A stretch of DNA of 64,000 nucleotides from Spirochaetes bacterium ADurb.Bin133 (GTDB taxonomy: Bacteria; Spirochaetota; GWE2-31-10; MWDO01), in NCBI GenBank assembly GCA_002070605.1, contig MWDO01000003.1, positions 11,853-75,852 on the forward strand. The letters run 5' to 3'. Shown piece by piece: positions 46,379-56,135 of this stretch. The notes beneath the pieces are model-generated. The model ran no database searches. It worked only from the letters and a program-made list of their open reading frames with translations, and was not told the origin of the DNA. Every line of letters starts with the position of its first letter. Position 1 is the first letter of the stretch. Position numbers and translations under genes: made by a program.

Positions 46379-46606
46379 ATGAATAATTATTTAGATAGAA
46401 TTGAAACAAATCCAAATATCATGCTTGGTAAACCAATAATAAAAGGAACAAGAATTACTGTTGAATTGATTATAAAAAAATTATCAGAAGGTATGTCTTA
46501 TGACGATATTAAAAAAGCTTATCCTATTTTAAAAGACGAAGATATTTTTGCAGTTTTATCTTACTCCTACGAGGTTATTTCTAAGGAGGAGATGCTTGCT
46601 ATATAA
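46379..46606 (+). CDS. DUF433 antitoxin
   Basis: RIETNPNIMLGKPIIKGTRITVE.I...YP.L..EDI.A.L.Y. Confidence 0.92.
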   Translation: MNNYLDRIETNPNIMLGKPIIKGTRITVELIIKKLSEGMSYDDIKKAYPILKDEDIFAVLSYSYEVISKEEMLAI

Positions 46607-46946
46607 AATTGTAGCGGATGAAAGCGTTGACTACAGAATTATAAAAAAACTGACAAAAACTGGAAACCAAGTTATATCTATTCATGAAAAGTATTCCGGA
46701 ATAACCGATAAGGAAGTAATCAAAATAGCGATAGAAAATAATGCAATAATAATAACCGAAGATAAAGATTTTGGCGAATTGGTATTCTCGCATAAAGAAA
46801 AATCAACAGGAGTAATATTATTAAGATATACTGCGATAGATTATGATAAAATTTCGCAAGTAGCGCTAAATGTTATTGAAAATTACAATTTATATAATAA
46901 ATTTTGCGTTCTTACGATAAATAAAATAAGAATAAGAGAAATATAA
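46596..46946 (+). CDS. DUF5615 PIN-like toxin (VapC45-like)
   Basis: ADESV, ITD.EVI..A, IITEDKDFG.L and GVILLR; start moved to TTG 46596 after AAGGAGGA. Confidence 0.88.
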   Translation: MLYKIVADESVDYRIIKKLTKTGNQVISIHEKYSGITDKEVIKIAIENNAIIITEDKDFGELVFSHKEKSTGVILLRYTAIDYDKISQVALNVIENYNLYNKFCVLTINKIRIREI

Positions 46947-47059
46947 ATATTATTTAATCTTTTTTAAGGTTGTAAATATTTTAGAATAGACGCCTATACA
47001 TATCGCTTATTGTCAACATATCTGGCGAGGGAAACTCGAGAACTATTATATCGAGAGTT

Positions 47060-47425
47060 ACAGCCCCGATGAATAAATTGACACATATGATACCGACAAA
47101 CATCGGGGTGCGCTCTACTGTTTTAAAAATTTGGCACATATGGAGCCGCATAACCGCCACGCCGCTTCCCGATGGAAATTCGACGCATATGAAGCTACAT
47201 GCGCCGCTATGCCCCCCGACGAATAATTTGACACATACGGAGCTATACTCGTCGCGCTCCCCGATAGAAATTTGACGTATATGGGGTGTTTTGTTCTTAA
47301 CGGCGCAAGCCCCGATATGAGCATATTTAGTATTTTAGTATATTCAAAACGGGAATTCCCGCTTTTATCGGGGCGCGACAATTGTCGCATAGAAATTGAC
47401 ACATATGGAGCTACATGCGTCGCTA
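47060..47425. repeat. Large repeat cluster
   Basis: Six core units at ~45-50 bp period and a palindrome module (47327-47372) inverted relative to 46150-46200. Confidence 0.9.
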
Positions 47426-47427
47426 AA

Positions 47428-48813
47428 TTAGAACTGATAGCCGCCCGAAATAAATACGTTCATAGATAGCGCGTCTACGGTTTGAATATTAACTGTATTG
47501 CCGATAATTTGAGCTTTACCTCTTCCTCCGGACGCCACTATGCCCAGGTTTACGCAGAGGTCCGACGTGGCGAATCCAAACGTCAAACTGCCTCCAAACA
47601 TATGGACATGGTCTTTCTTATTTCGGTCGCCTTCGTTAATGACCTGAGTATTGGAAAAGTTGGTAAAAAATCCCACTCTTAACGGGAAATTCGGAGTAAT
47701 ATACCATTCGTATCCGATAGCTACGTTGCCGATTATATTAAGTTTTTCGCTGTTTCCCAGAAGAACTTCATCGTGTTTTTTTGTGGTAGAGTTGTATTGA
47801 TATCGGATAACCTGTTGAGAAGCGTTGAAGTGTTGTATAGGGATGTAAAGGTATCCGTCTAGACTTAAAAGCATCGATTTGCTGATGAAAACGCATATTC
47901 CCAGCGCTTGTTTGATATAAAGAGGTCTAAATAGGCCGTTTTCGGCAATATTTAGTACTTTAAGCGTATTATTAACTACGTTGTCTTGATCAACCGCCAG
48001 TACCCAAGAGTCGGTGGTCTGATCGAGGTATTTTAGTTTATAGCTCGACGTCGATTGATAAGTATTAATGTTTACTATATCGAACGGGGTAGAAATCGAA
48101 TAGCCGATTGAGAGTTTATCTATCGGCATAAACTGAAGTCCCAGTTGAAAATTCAAACCGATAATTCTTTCGTTTTTATAGATACTTCCGTCTTGAAAGA
48201 AGTCGAGCGCTTTGGTATTCATTTTATAAATTGTTTGAGAAATAAGTTTCTTATCGCGATATCTTATAAAAGCGTTGAACCCCAGAGATACCTTTTTATG
48301 CAACAAAAAAGCGAAAGAGGGTCCGGCTTCGTAAACCATATCCGTAAAGTTAAAATTAACGTTTAAATTAGTAGGTCTTACTCCTAAATTTCCGTAGTTA
48401 TTTAGGATTGTCGCGTTGTCCCTTTGATCGTAAAATTCGCTGTCGGCGCTTGTTACCGTTATAGCGAACGTAAAATGCTTTTGTCTCTGTATAAACCCAA
48501 AAAAGTTCGGTATAAAAGAAAAAGAATATCTGAGGTAATCGAAATAGTCTCCGCCGGACTTTGGAAAAACGTCGTGATAATACAGCATTTTAAACTGTAT
48601 AGCGTTGACCGACAATGAAAAGTACTTCGAAGAGGAGTAGGCTAATCCCGCCGGGTTGTAGAAAGCGCCTTCCGGTCCGTCCGCTATAGCCGTATAAGCT
48701 CCGGCTAGTCCCGCCGCTCTATCTCCGACAAATAAATTTATATAGTGATTCTCGTCCGCCGAAACGTTAAATAGTAATAAAAGCGATATCGAGATTAAAA
48801 CTACTCTTCTCAT
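47428..48813 (-). CDS. FadL/OmpP1-like outer-membrane beta-barrel
   Basis: Signal peptide, GDRAAGLAGAY.A...FYNPAGL plug motif, alternating strands and C-terminal GGYQF. Confidence 0.8.
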   Translation of the reverse strand: MRRVVLISISLLLLFNVSADENHYINLFVGDRAAGLAGAYTAIADGPEGAFYNPAGLAYSSSKYFSLSVNAIQFKMLYYHDVFPKSGGDYFDYLRYSFSFIPNFFGFIQRQKHFTFAITVTSADSEFYDQRDNATILNNYGNLGVRPTNLNVNFNFTDMVYEAGPSFAFLLHKKVSLGFNAFIRYRDKKLISQTIYKMNTKALDFFQDGSIYKNERIIGLNFQLGLQFMPIDKLSIGYSISTPFDIVNINTYQSTSSYKLKYLDQTTDSWVLAVDQDNVVNNTLKVLNIAENGLFRPLYIKQALGICVFISKSMLLSLDGYLYIPIQHFNASQQVIRYQYNSTTKKHDEVLLGNSEKLNIIGNVAIGYEWYITPNFPLRVGFFTNFSNTQVINEGDRNKKDHVHMFGGSLTFGFATSDLCVNLGIVASGGRGKAQIIGNTVNIQTVDALSMNVFISGGYQF

Positions 48814-49643
48814 TTTTTCTCCTCCCCGCCGCTTTTAACCAAAGATTTAAATTTTAGGAAATTTTCAGAATCGCTTAGTTTGTCTATGTTGGGAATAATA
48901 TGCTCCTCCATTCTCTTTACTCTCTCCTCGATTTTTGGGTGAGTAGCGTCGAGATTTTCCAGCGCTTTTACGTCCGGATAGTTCGACAGCGCCGAAAGAT
49001 AGTCGATATAATCTCTCGCATTAATATTCAAACTTTGAAGAAGATCGAGAGCGTATCTGTCCGCTTCAAATTCATCTTCGTTATCCAGACCTTTAACAAA
49101 CAGCTCCTCCTCAATTTGATCGGATATCTGATTTGCTATATTGGTAATAACCTGTCTAGGACCGGCAATAACTCTAGCCAACATCTCGAAGAAGTTATAT
49201 CTGACCTCTACCTTAACCCTTTTTAATATATGCTTTTTATTGATATGCCCCAATTCGTGAGCAAGAACGCCTAATAGAGCCGATTGATTATCTATGCTGT
49301 TAATAGCGCCCTTAGAGATCAATATATACCCGCCGGGAAGCGAATAAGCGTTTATCTGATCGGTATTTAATATTGCAAAAAAGTACTCGATCTCTTGTCT
49401 CTCCGTATACAGGGCTAACGATTTGCCGAGTTTGTTTAAGTAAGACGTCGCTTCCTCATTCTTTAGAACGCCGTATTTTCCGGCGATCTTAGCAAAAGCC
49501 GCTCTTCCTACCTCTTTCTCTTTCTCCGCGATTTCGAGTTGCTTTTCAACCTCGTTTTCGCGTTTTATCTCCTCCATACTTTTGCAACTTACGAGCAAAA
49601 TTAACAAAATTGAAAGCGCCAACGCAATTTTTAGAATTCTCAT
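48810..49643 (-). CDS. M48 metalloprotease lipoprotein (BepA-like)
   Basis: LLVSC lipobox, INAYSLPGG, LAHELGH, EFEAD and THP. Confidence 0.9.
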   Translation of the reverse strand: MRILKIALALSILLILLVSCKSMEEIKRENEVEKQLEIAEKEKEVGRAAFAKIAGKYGVLKNEEATSYLNKLGKSLALYTERQEIEYFFAILNTDQINAYSLPGGYILISKGAINSIDNQSALLGVLAHELGHINKKHILKRVKVEVRYNFFEMLARVIAGPRQVITNIANQISDQIEEELFVKGLDNEDEFEADRYALDLLQSLNINARDYIDYLSALSNYPDVKALENLDATHPKIEERVKRMEEHIIPNIDKLSDSENFLKFKSLVKSGGEEKK

Positions 49644-49829
49644 ATACTCCCTCTACTCCCTCGACGTATTGCACAAATTTTTTAACCTATGGTAGCATTA
49701 TAAATATTTTATACCTTATTGTAAATAAAAAAGTACAAATATTTAGCTTTTTAAATTTTAAACTTTAAATTAAACAAAAAAGATCGCCTTCAGACAGACG
49801 ACCTTTATTAAACAATCTTTTATATTTAA

Positions 49830-50324
49830 CTAGAAGTTTATAAACTCCGCCTCTGAAAACGCCACTAACTCCTCTTCCGTAAAACTAAACGTATTCTCAA
49901 CCCACTTGATGGATTCAAAATCGTAGTCGCTGAAAGATAAATTCTCTCTATCCCTGACGCTCTCGCTTGAAAGCCCTCTTACCGCCGCTGCGCTTGACGT
50001 AAAGTTGCTGGCTCTTTTTCTTATCTCTACGGAAGACAAATCGGCTTTACTATCGGCGACGCTGCTAACCTTGACCCCGGGCTCTTCGCCCAAAAACATA
50101 TTCTTGACGTATCCCGAAACGCCGTTTATCTTTATAAAACTCCAATCCCCTTTGATCTCGATAACTTCCACTTTATCGTTATGGTTTAACGCTCCGATTT
50201 TTGTTGAAGACATATTTGCTTCTTGAAAATATGGACAAATTCTTGCTTTTACAAACGCTTCCTTCGCAAAACCAAAAGAAGCTACCAAGAACAGAGATAT
50301 AATTACAACAAATCTTTTATTCAT
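49830..50324 (-). CDS. Exported SH3b-domain protein
   Basis: Signal peptide, KVEVIE..GDW..I.....SGYV, SAAAVRGL; start moved to ATG 50324 (GGAGG RBS). Confidence 0.8.
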   Translation of the reverse strand: MNKRFVVIISLFLVASFGFAKEAFVKARICPYFQEANMSSTKIGALNHNDKVEVIEIKGDWSFIKINGVSGYVKNMFLGEEPGVKVSSVADSKADLSSVEIRKRASNFTSSAAAVRGLSSESVRDRENLSFSDYDFESIKWVENTFSFTEEELVAFSEAEFINF

Positions 50325-50548
50325 AAAACTTCCTCCTTTTATCTTTATATAAAGTATATTATAACACAAAAAAAAAAAAAAACACTATTTAATTAATAAA
50401 TATTTCTTTTTGCGCATTATTTTTTTTAAAATAGTTAGCGCAAAAGCGCGTTGTTATAATTATATATAAAGTGTAAAATGTATTGAGTATTAAGCGGTTT
50501 TTCATATAAACTATACAGTATTATATTCAAGCGCATAGGAGTTGATAT

Positions 50549-51535
50549 ATGGATTCTCAGGTTAAAGAGATACATTCAAAAGTTGAAAGAGAGGCTCCGA
50601 CGATAGAATCGGTCATGTCCGAGTTGAAAAAACGTATTGTCGGGCAGGAAGAGATGTTGCAGGGGTTGCTTATCGGGCTGTTGGCTAAAGGTCATATATT
50701 AGTCGAGGGGGTTCCGGGGCTTGCAAAAACGTTGACCGTTAAGACTTTGTCCGAGGTATTAGATATAGATTTTAAAAGAATTCAATTTACTCCGGATTTA
50801 TTGCCGTCGGATATTGTCGGCACGCTGATATATAACCAAAAAATCGGCGAATTTGAGCCCAAAAAAGGTCCCGTTTTTACCAACTTTGTTTTGGCGGACG
50901 AGATAAACCGCGCTCCGGCTAAAGTTCAGGCGGCTCTGCTCGAGGCGATGCAGGAGAAGCAGGTAACTATCGGAGAACGCGGTTATAAATTGGACGAACC
51001 GTTTTTGGTTATGGCTACGCAAAATCCTATCGAGCAGGAGGGGACTTACAATCTCCCCGAAGCGCAAATAGACAGGTTTATGTTAAAAATCAAAGTCGGC
51101 TATCCAAAAAAGGAAGAGGAGAAGATCATACTCGACAGAATGATTAGTCAGGAAGAGATAAAAGTATCAAAAGTATTATCGCGGGATAAGATTGTCGAAT
51201 TGACAAATTTATCCGACGAGATATATATCAGCGATAGGATTAAAAATTATATAGTAGACATCGTGCACTCCACAAGAGAGCCGGAGGGGTATAATTTAAA
51301 AATTAAGTCTTTTATAGATTACGGCGCGTCCCCCAGAGCTAGTATATTTTTAGCGCGGGCGGCTAAAGCTAACGCTTTATTGTCGGGAAGGGGATTTGTT
51401 ACGGCGGACGATATTAAGTCGGTAAGTTTCTCCGTTTTAAGACACAGGATTATTTTGAGTTATGAAGCGGAAGCCGAAGGGGTTGCGTCGGAAGATATTA
51501 TAACGCAAATTTTTAATACTATAATGGTTCCTTAA
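50549..51535 (+). CDS. moxR: MoxR-family AAA+ ATPase
   Basis: GHILVEGVPGLAKT, RIQFTPDLLPSD, DEINR, ATQNP, DRF and GASPR. Confidence 0.95.
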   Translation: MDSQVKEIHSKVEREAPTIESVMSELKKRIVGQEEMLQGLLIGLLAKGHILVEGVPGLAKTLTVKTLSEVLDIDFKRIQFTPDLLPSDIVGTLIYNQKIGEFEPKKGPVFTNFVLADEINRAPAKVQAALLEAMQEKQVTIGERGYKLDEPFLVMATQNPIEQEGTYNLPEAQIDRFMLKIKVGYPKKEEEKIILDRMISQEEIKVSKVLSRDKIVELTNLSDEIYISDRIKNYIVDIVHSTREPEGYNLKIKSFIDYGASPRASIFLARAAKANALLSGRGFVTADDIKSVSFSVLRHRIILSYEAEAEGVASEDIITQIFNTIMVP

Positions 51536-51548
51536 TAAAAGGTAAGTC

Positions 51549-52439
51549 ATGAAAGAAGAAGAGAAGATTCCGTTAGAACTGCTGAAAAAAATCAAAAAAA
51601 TTGAGATCCGCTCGCGTCTTGTAGTCAACGAAGCGATGAGCGGCGGATATAACTCTGTATTTCGCGGATACGGAATGGAATTTCAGGAGGTCAGAGAGTA
51701 CTCTATAGGCGACGATTTTAGAAGAATCGATTGGAACGTTACCGCCAGGCATAACAACCTCTATATAAAAACCTTTAAAGAAGAGCGCCAGCTAAACGTT
51801 ATGTTACTATTGGATATCTCCGGATCTTTGGGATTTGGTTCAAAATCTTCCACTAAACATGATAAAATGGTAGAGACTTCGGCGATCTTGGCGTTAACGG
51901 CTATGGACAATCAAGATAAGATCGGAGCTGTTTTTTTTACCGATAAGGTTGAGAAAGTTATTATTCCCACCAAAAATAAAAATACTATACTGCGGCTTCT
52001 GAGGGAGATACTGTTTATAAAGCCGCAGTCTAACGGAACGGATATAAATAACGCGATTGATTTTGCCGTTGAGAATATGAAAAGAAGAGGCGTTATATTT
52101 ATTCTGTCCGATTTCTTGGCGGAGGTAAGTTTTAAAAAGATTTTTATCGCCTCTAAAAAACACGATATTATTCCGGTAGTTTTGACCGACGAATTTGAAG
52201 AATATCCGATAAATCTCGGGCTTGTCGATATGGTCGATAACGAGAGCGGCGAGTTGATGTTGGTAGATACTTCGTCCGAGAGTTATAAAAAATTTGTCGA
52301 AGAGAGAAAAGCTCGGAAAGCGAAATTCTTTTTAGAGTTGAAAAAACTCAATATCGAGCCGCTTATTATCGATACCGGCGCGGACGTCGAGCTTCCGATA
52401 ATGAGATATTTTGAGAAAAGAAGAAAAAAAATCAGATAG
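51549..52439 (+). CDS. DUF58 (VWA-like) protein
   Basis: G.GMEF.EVREY..GDD.R.IDWNVTAR and EEER. Confidence 0.93.
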   Translation: MKEEEKIPLELLKKIKKIEIRSRLVVNEAMSGGYNSVFRGYGMEFQEVREYSIGDDFRRIDWNVTARHNNLYIKTFKEERQLNVMLLLDISGSLGFGSKSSTKHDKMVETSAILALTAMDNQDKIGAVFFTDKVEKVIIPTKNKNTILRLLREILFIKPQSNGTDINNAIDFAVENMKRRGVIFILSDFLAEVSFKKIFIASKKHDIIPVVLTDEFEEYPINLGLVDMVDNESGELMLVDTSSESYKKFVEERKARKAKFFLELKKLNIEPLIIDTGADVELPIMRYFEKRRKKIR

Positions 52440-52450
52440 GGTAGAATATA

Positions 52451-53428
52451 ATGAGAAAATATCCGGCGGCTTTGTTACTTTTTTTATCCTTATTTCGGCT
52501 TTTTTCCGACTCAAGCGACGATATAATCTCTGAAATAACAAAGAGCTCTATTAAAATAGGCGAAAAAGCCGTAATAACGACGAAATTATCCGGAATGAAG
52601 GATATGAAGATACTTTGGCAGGATTTATCCAAATCCGAAGCGGATATCGAAGTATTGTCGACAAAAGATTCCTATATTAAAGATTATCTGAATTTAGAGA
52701 TAGTTTTTACCTCTTTCAAACCGAAAGAGTATGTCGATCTATATTTTACTATTCCGATGGTAGACCCCGCCGGCGAATCTTTTTATCTTGAGACGAAGAA
52801 ATATTCTATTTCGGTTAACGGCGTATTATCCCCGACGGATTTGGAGGCGGCGAAGAGTATTCAAGACCCTTCAAAGATTGAACTTAAGCCCGAAAAAGGA
52901 CAGGAGAAATTTAGTTTTAATTTTCGACCTTACGCGGCCGTTATCGTTACTATACTAATAGCGCTCGCGTGCGCCGCCGTTATTTTTTATCTCCTTTATA
53001 ACTATTTTATTAAAAAGAAGTTTAAGGAGGTTAAAAAAGCCGATATTTCTCCTTACGAGAGATTTTTAGCGAGTATGAATATGATAGTATTTGAGCCGGA
53101 TGAAGATAGAAAAGAGTCCGAATATAAACTCTCGGTTTTATCGGAGTCGCTAAAGGAGTTGATATTTGGCGAGTTTATGATTAGCGCCCCGTCCGAGACG
53201 ACGAGGGAGCTGATTCGCGCGCTAAAATTGAATAATTTTGACGAAGACGTAACTTTTATTATTAACAAGCTTTTTACCGAGATGGATATGATAAAATTTG
53301 CCAAAGCGCCTTACGACTTTGACAGACTGCATTTTTTTTACGAAAAAATAAAAGAACTCGGCGGGAGAATTCATGAACTTTATAAATACCAAAATATCGA
53401 GAAAAAAGAGGACGGGGCGAATAAATGA
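52451..53428 (+). CDS. Bat-operon membrane-anchored protein
   Basis: Signal peptide, Ig-like region, one TM segment, TTRE...KFAK helical tail; operon position. Confidence 0.7.
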   Translation: MRKYPAALLLFLSLFRLFSDSSDDIISEITKSSIKIGEKAVITTKLSGMKDMKILWQDLSKSEADIEVLSTKDSYIKDYLNLEIVFTSFKPKEYVDLYFTIPMVDPAGESFYLETKKYSISVNGVLSPTDLEAAKSIQDPSKIELKPEKGQEKFSFNFRPYAAVIVTILIALACAAVIFYLLYNYFIKKKFKEVKKADISPYERFLASMNMIVFEPDEDRKESEYKLSVLSESLKELIFGEFMISAPSETTRELIRALKLNNFDEDVTFIINKLFTEMDMIKFAKAPYDFDRLHFFYEKIKELGGRIHELYKYQNIEKKEDGANK

Positions 53429-54375
53429 GAATATATCGGCTTGATAATCCTTACGGACTGCTGTTTCTATTAATTCCTTTACTGTGTCTCGCCGTCGTAA
53501 TACTATCTCGATTTTTTTTTAAAAAAGGCGCCCTCGTCTCCGCTATTTACGGATACAAGAACTTCCGGTCTTTAAAGATATACGGATATTTTGTATCGTT
53601 ATCTTTGATATTGTTAGGTATGTCGTTGATAGCGTTTAGTCTTTCCAAGCCTCAATTTGGAATAAAAAAGGAAAAAATTATTACGGAAGGCATCGATATT
53701 ATGATCGCTTTAGACGTATCGGGGAGTATGACGACTTCGGATTTTTTTTCATACAGCAGGATCGAAGGGGCTAAAAACATACTGCAGAAATTTGTCGCTA
53801 AACGCAAAGGGGATCGCATAGGGCTCGTTACTTTCGCGGAGAGCTCTTTTCTAAAATGTCCCGCTACCGTTAACTTCGATCTTTTAACGAAAGTTATAGG
53901 GAAAATATTTATCGATCCGAATAAACAGAGCTCCACCTCCATCGGTATCGGGCTGGCGAGCGCTATAAACAGGCTTCTACAGATGAAGGATAACGCTAAT
54001 CCCGATTCGAAGATAGCGATCCTTGTTACCGACGGAATTAACAACTCCGGCGAGATTAGTCCGGAGGCGGCTACGGAGATAGCTCTGCAAACGGGGATAA
54101 AAGTATATACCGTAGGAATCGGCGAATCTAACGAAGTGGACGTTAAACTTCTTGGCGATATAGCGAATAGAACTAAAGGGAAGTTTTTTCACGCGAAAAA
54201 TGCCGGCGAACTCGGACCTATTTTTGACGAAATAGATAAAATAGAAAAACGTAAAATTGAAACTTTGGAGTTTGTAAGATATAAAGACGTCGGTTACAAA
54301 TACGCTCTGGCGGGGATAATAATAATGATATCCGGACTTTTATTTAACGGACTATTTTTTAAGAGGTTAGGCTGA
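53425..54375 (+). CDS. batA: BatA VWA-domain protein
   Basis: IMIALDVSGSM MIDAS, RIGLV.F, T.IG.GL, LVTDG.NN.G and terminal TM. Confidence 0.9.
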   Translation: MRIYRLDNPYGLLFLLIPLLCLAVVILSRFFFKKGALVSAIYGYKNFRSLKIYGYFVSLSLILLGMSLIAFSLSKPQFGIKKEKIITEGIDIMIALDVSGSMTTSDFFSYSRIEGAKNILQKFVAKRKGDRIGLVTFAESSFLKCPATVNFDLLTKVIGKIFIDPNKQSSTSIGIGLASAINRLLQMKDNANPDSKIAILVTDGINNSGEISPEAATEIALQTGIKVYTVGIGESNEVDVKLLGDIANRTKGKFFHAKNAGELGPIFDEIDKIEKRKIETLEFVRYKDVGYKYALAGIIIMISGLLFNGLFFKRLG

Positions 54376-54377
54376 AA

Positions 54378-56135
54378 ATGTTTGAGAATAAGTATTTTTT
54401 CTGGTTATTTTTAGCGATTCCGGTTATATCTCTAATATTTATAGCGGATATTCTGCTTTTAAGGAAAAAATCAAAGTTGTTAGCCGGTAAAAACGTAGCG
54501 AGTATCATACCTTTCTATACGGAAGGTCAAAAATGGCTGCGGCTGATATTCTACGTTTTGGGTTTTGCCCTGGCGGTTCTGGCTTTGGCGAGACCGAGAT
54601 GGGGAGTCGAGACCATAGAGACGGAGGTTAAGGGGAGGGACATTCTTCTGATACTGGACGTTTCGTATTCGATGGCGGCAAACGACGTCGTTCCGTCGCG
54701 GTTGGACTCGGCTAAAAGGTATATCGTCGAACTTCTTGAAATGGAGACCGGCGATAGGATAGGGCTATCCGTATTTAGCGGAGCTTACGAACTTGTGTCG
54801 CCTATTACCCACGACTATGCGGCGATCAATTTTTTTACAGAGTCTCTCTATCCGGGGATGCTCGGCAAAGGGGGGACTAATATCGGCGACGCGATAATTA
54901 ACGGTATAGACTCTTTCGACGATACCGAACCCCGCAATAAAATGATAGTTCTTATTACCGACGGCGAAGATATCGAAGGACCTTATTATCAGATGTTGAA
55001 AAAGGCTAAAGAATCGAAGATCAAAGTTTTTACGGTGGGCGTCGGGACAAAGAGCGGCGAGCCCATTCCGATAAGAAACGCCAAAGGGGAGATCGAGTCT
55101 TACGTAAAAGATGAAAATAATAGACATGTTATCAGCAAACTTGACGAAAGACGGTTGATTGAGATAGCCGAGTCGTCGGGAGGCGCTTATCTGAAGACGT
55201 CGAATAAAAAAGGGGAGTTAAGGAAGTTTATTGAATCGATCTCTTCGGTCGAATCGGAGGAGTTGGAAGAGTTGAAATATGAACAAAAAAAAGAGAGATA
55301 CGATATATTCTTAATTCCGGCGTTGATATTTTTCGCTATAGGATTTATCCTTGATCAAGGGAGAATGATAAGATCGTCAAAAAACAGACTTAGCTGGCTT
55401 TTGGGTAAAAACAGCTTGATAACGATATTTGTTTTGTTAATGTTGCTCGGTTCTAACTATTTATCGTTTTCTCAAACCGATCCGAGCGACGACGTTTCCG
55501 GTAAAAATACCAACGAGATGAGAGATAATAAAAGCGCTTTTGGAGATCCAAACGGCGGTTTCTGGGGAAACAGAAAGTTTAAGAAAGGGGATTTCAACAA
55601 AGCGCTTGAGAAATATGCGTCGGCGATCAATCATCTTCGCGAAAACCAGCTGGCGAAGCTATACTACAATATAGGAAATACCTATATGAAATTGAACGAT
55701 CATAAAAACGCCGCGCAATATTTTGAAACCGCCGGCTCTTTTGCAAAAGAGGACTCGGTCAAATCAAAAATATTTTATAATATGGGGCTTGTAGCTTTTA
55801 AAAATAACGATTTTGCAAGCGCTAAAAATTTATTTAAAGAATCTATAAAACTCAACGAATTAGACGACGACGCGCGGTATAACTACCAGATAGCCGAGTT
55901 GATGGATGAAAAAACAAAAAAGGATAATAAACAGGATAATCAAGAACAAAAGGATAATAAACAATCAGAGGAAAAGAAGGACGAAAATCAAGATCAAAAT
56001 AGAGAAGAAGAAAAATTATCTAAGGAAGATATTGAGAAACTTCTAAAATCGCTCGATGATAAAGAAAAAAGCGAAAATAGAGATAAAACTTTGAAAGAAC
56101 AAAAAAATATTAATCGGAGAGGTAAATATTGGTAA
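54378..56135 (+). CDS. batB: BatB-BatC fusion (VWA + TPR + low-complexity tail)
   Basis: LARPRWG, LDVSYSM.A.DV.PSRL, ITDGED; then TM, TPRs (YNIGN, YNMG) and a Q/D/K/N-rich tail ending in W. Confidence 0.85.
   Translation: MFENKYFFWLFLAIPVISLIFIADILLLRKKSKLLAGKNVASIIPFYTEGQKWLRLIFYVLGFALAVLALARPRWGVETIETEVKGRDILLILDVSYSMAANDVVPSRLDSAKRYIVELLEMETGDRIGLSVFSGAYELVSPITHDYAAINFFTESLYPGMLGKGGTNIGDAIINGIDSFDDTEPRNKMIVLITDGEDIEGPYYQMLKKAKESKIKVFTVGVGTKSGEPIPIRNAKGEIESYVKDENNRHVISKLDERRLIEIAESSGGAYLKTSNKKGELRKFIESISSVESEELEELKYEQKKERYDIFLIPALIFFAIGFILDQGRMIRSSKNRLSWLLGKNSLITIFVLLMLLGSNYLSFSQTDPSDDVSGKNTNEMRDNKSAFGDPNGGFWGNRKFKKGDFNKALEKYASAINHLRENQLAKLYYNIGNTYMKLNDHKNAAQYFETAGSFAKEDSVKSKIFYNMGLVAFKNNDFASAKNLFKESIKLNELDDDARYNYQIAELMDEKTKKDNKQDNQEQKDNKQSEEKKDENQDQNREEEKLSKEDIEKLLKSLDDKEKSENRDKTLKEQKNINRRGKYW

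Noticed and set aside
38385-47425. CRISPR array interpretation of the tandem repeats
   Set aside because: Repeats are degenerate, linkers are related to each other rather than unique spacers, clusters are scattered in both orientations, and no cas genes are present
7191-47469. Short ORFs such as 7191-7391, 13084-13299, 27442-27648, 38322-38609, 45491-45694, 47069-47275, 47115-47402 and 47272-47469
   Set aside because: They are translations of the repeat (THM.../MC.. motifs from CATATG) with no RBS or coding signal
54378-56135. BatB-BatC fusion as a novelty
   Set aside because: VWA-TPR fusions are common in MoxR/Bat operons
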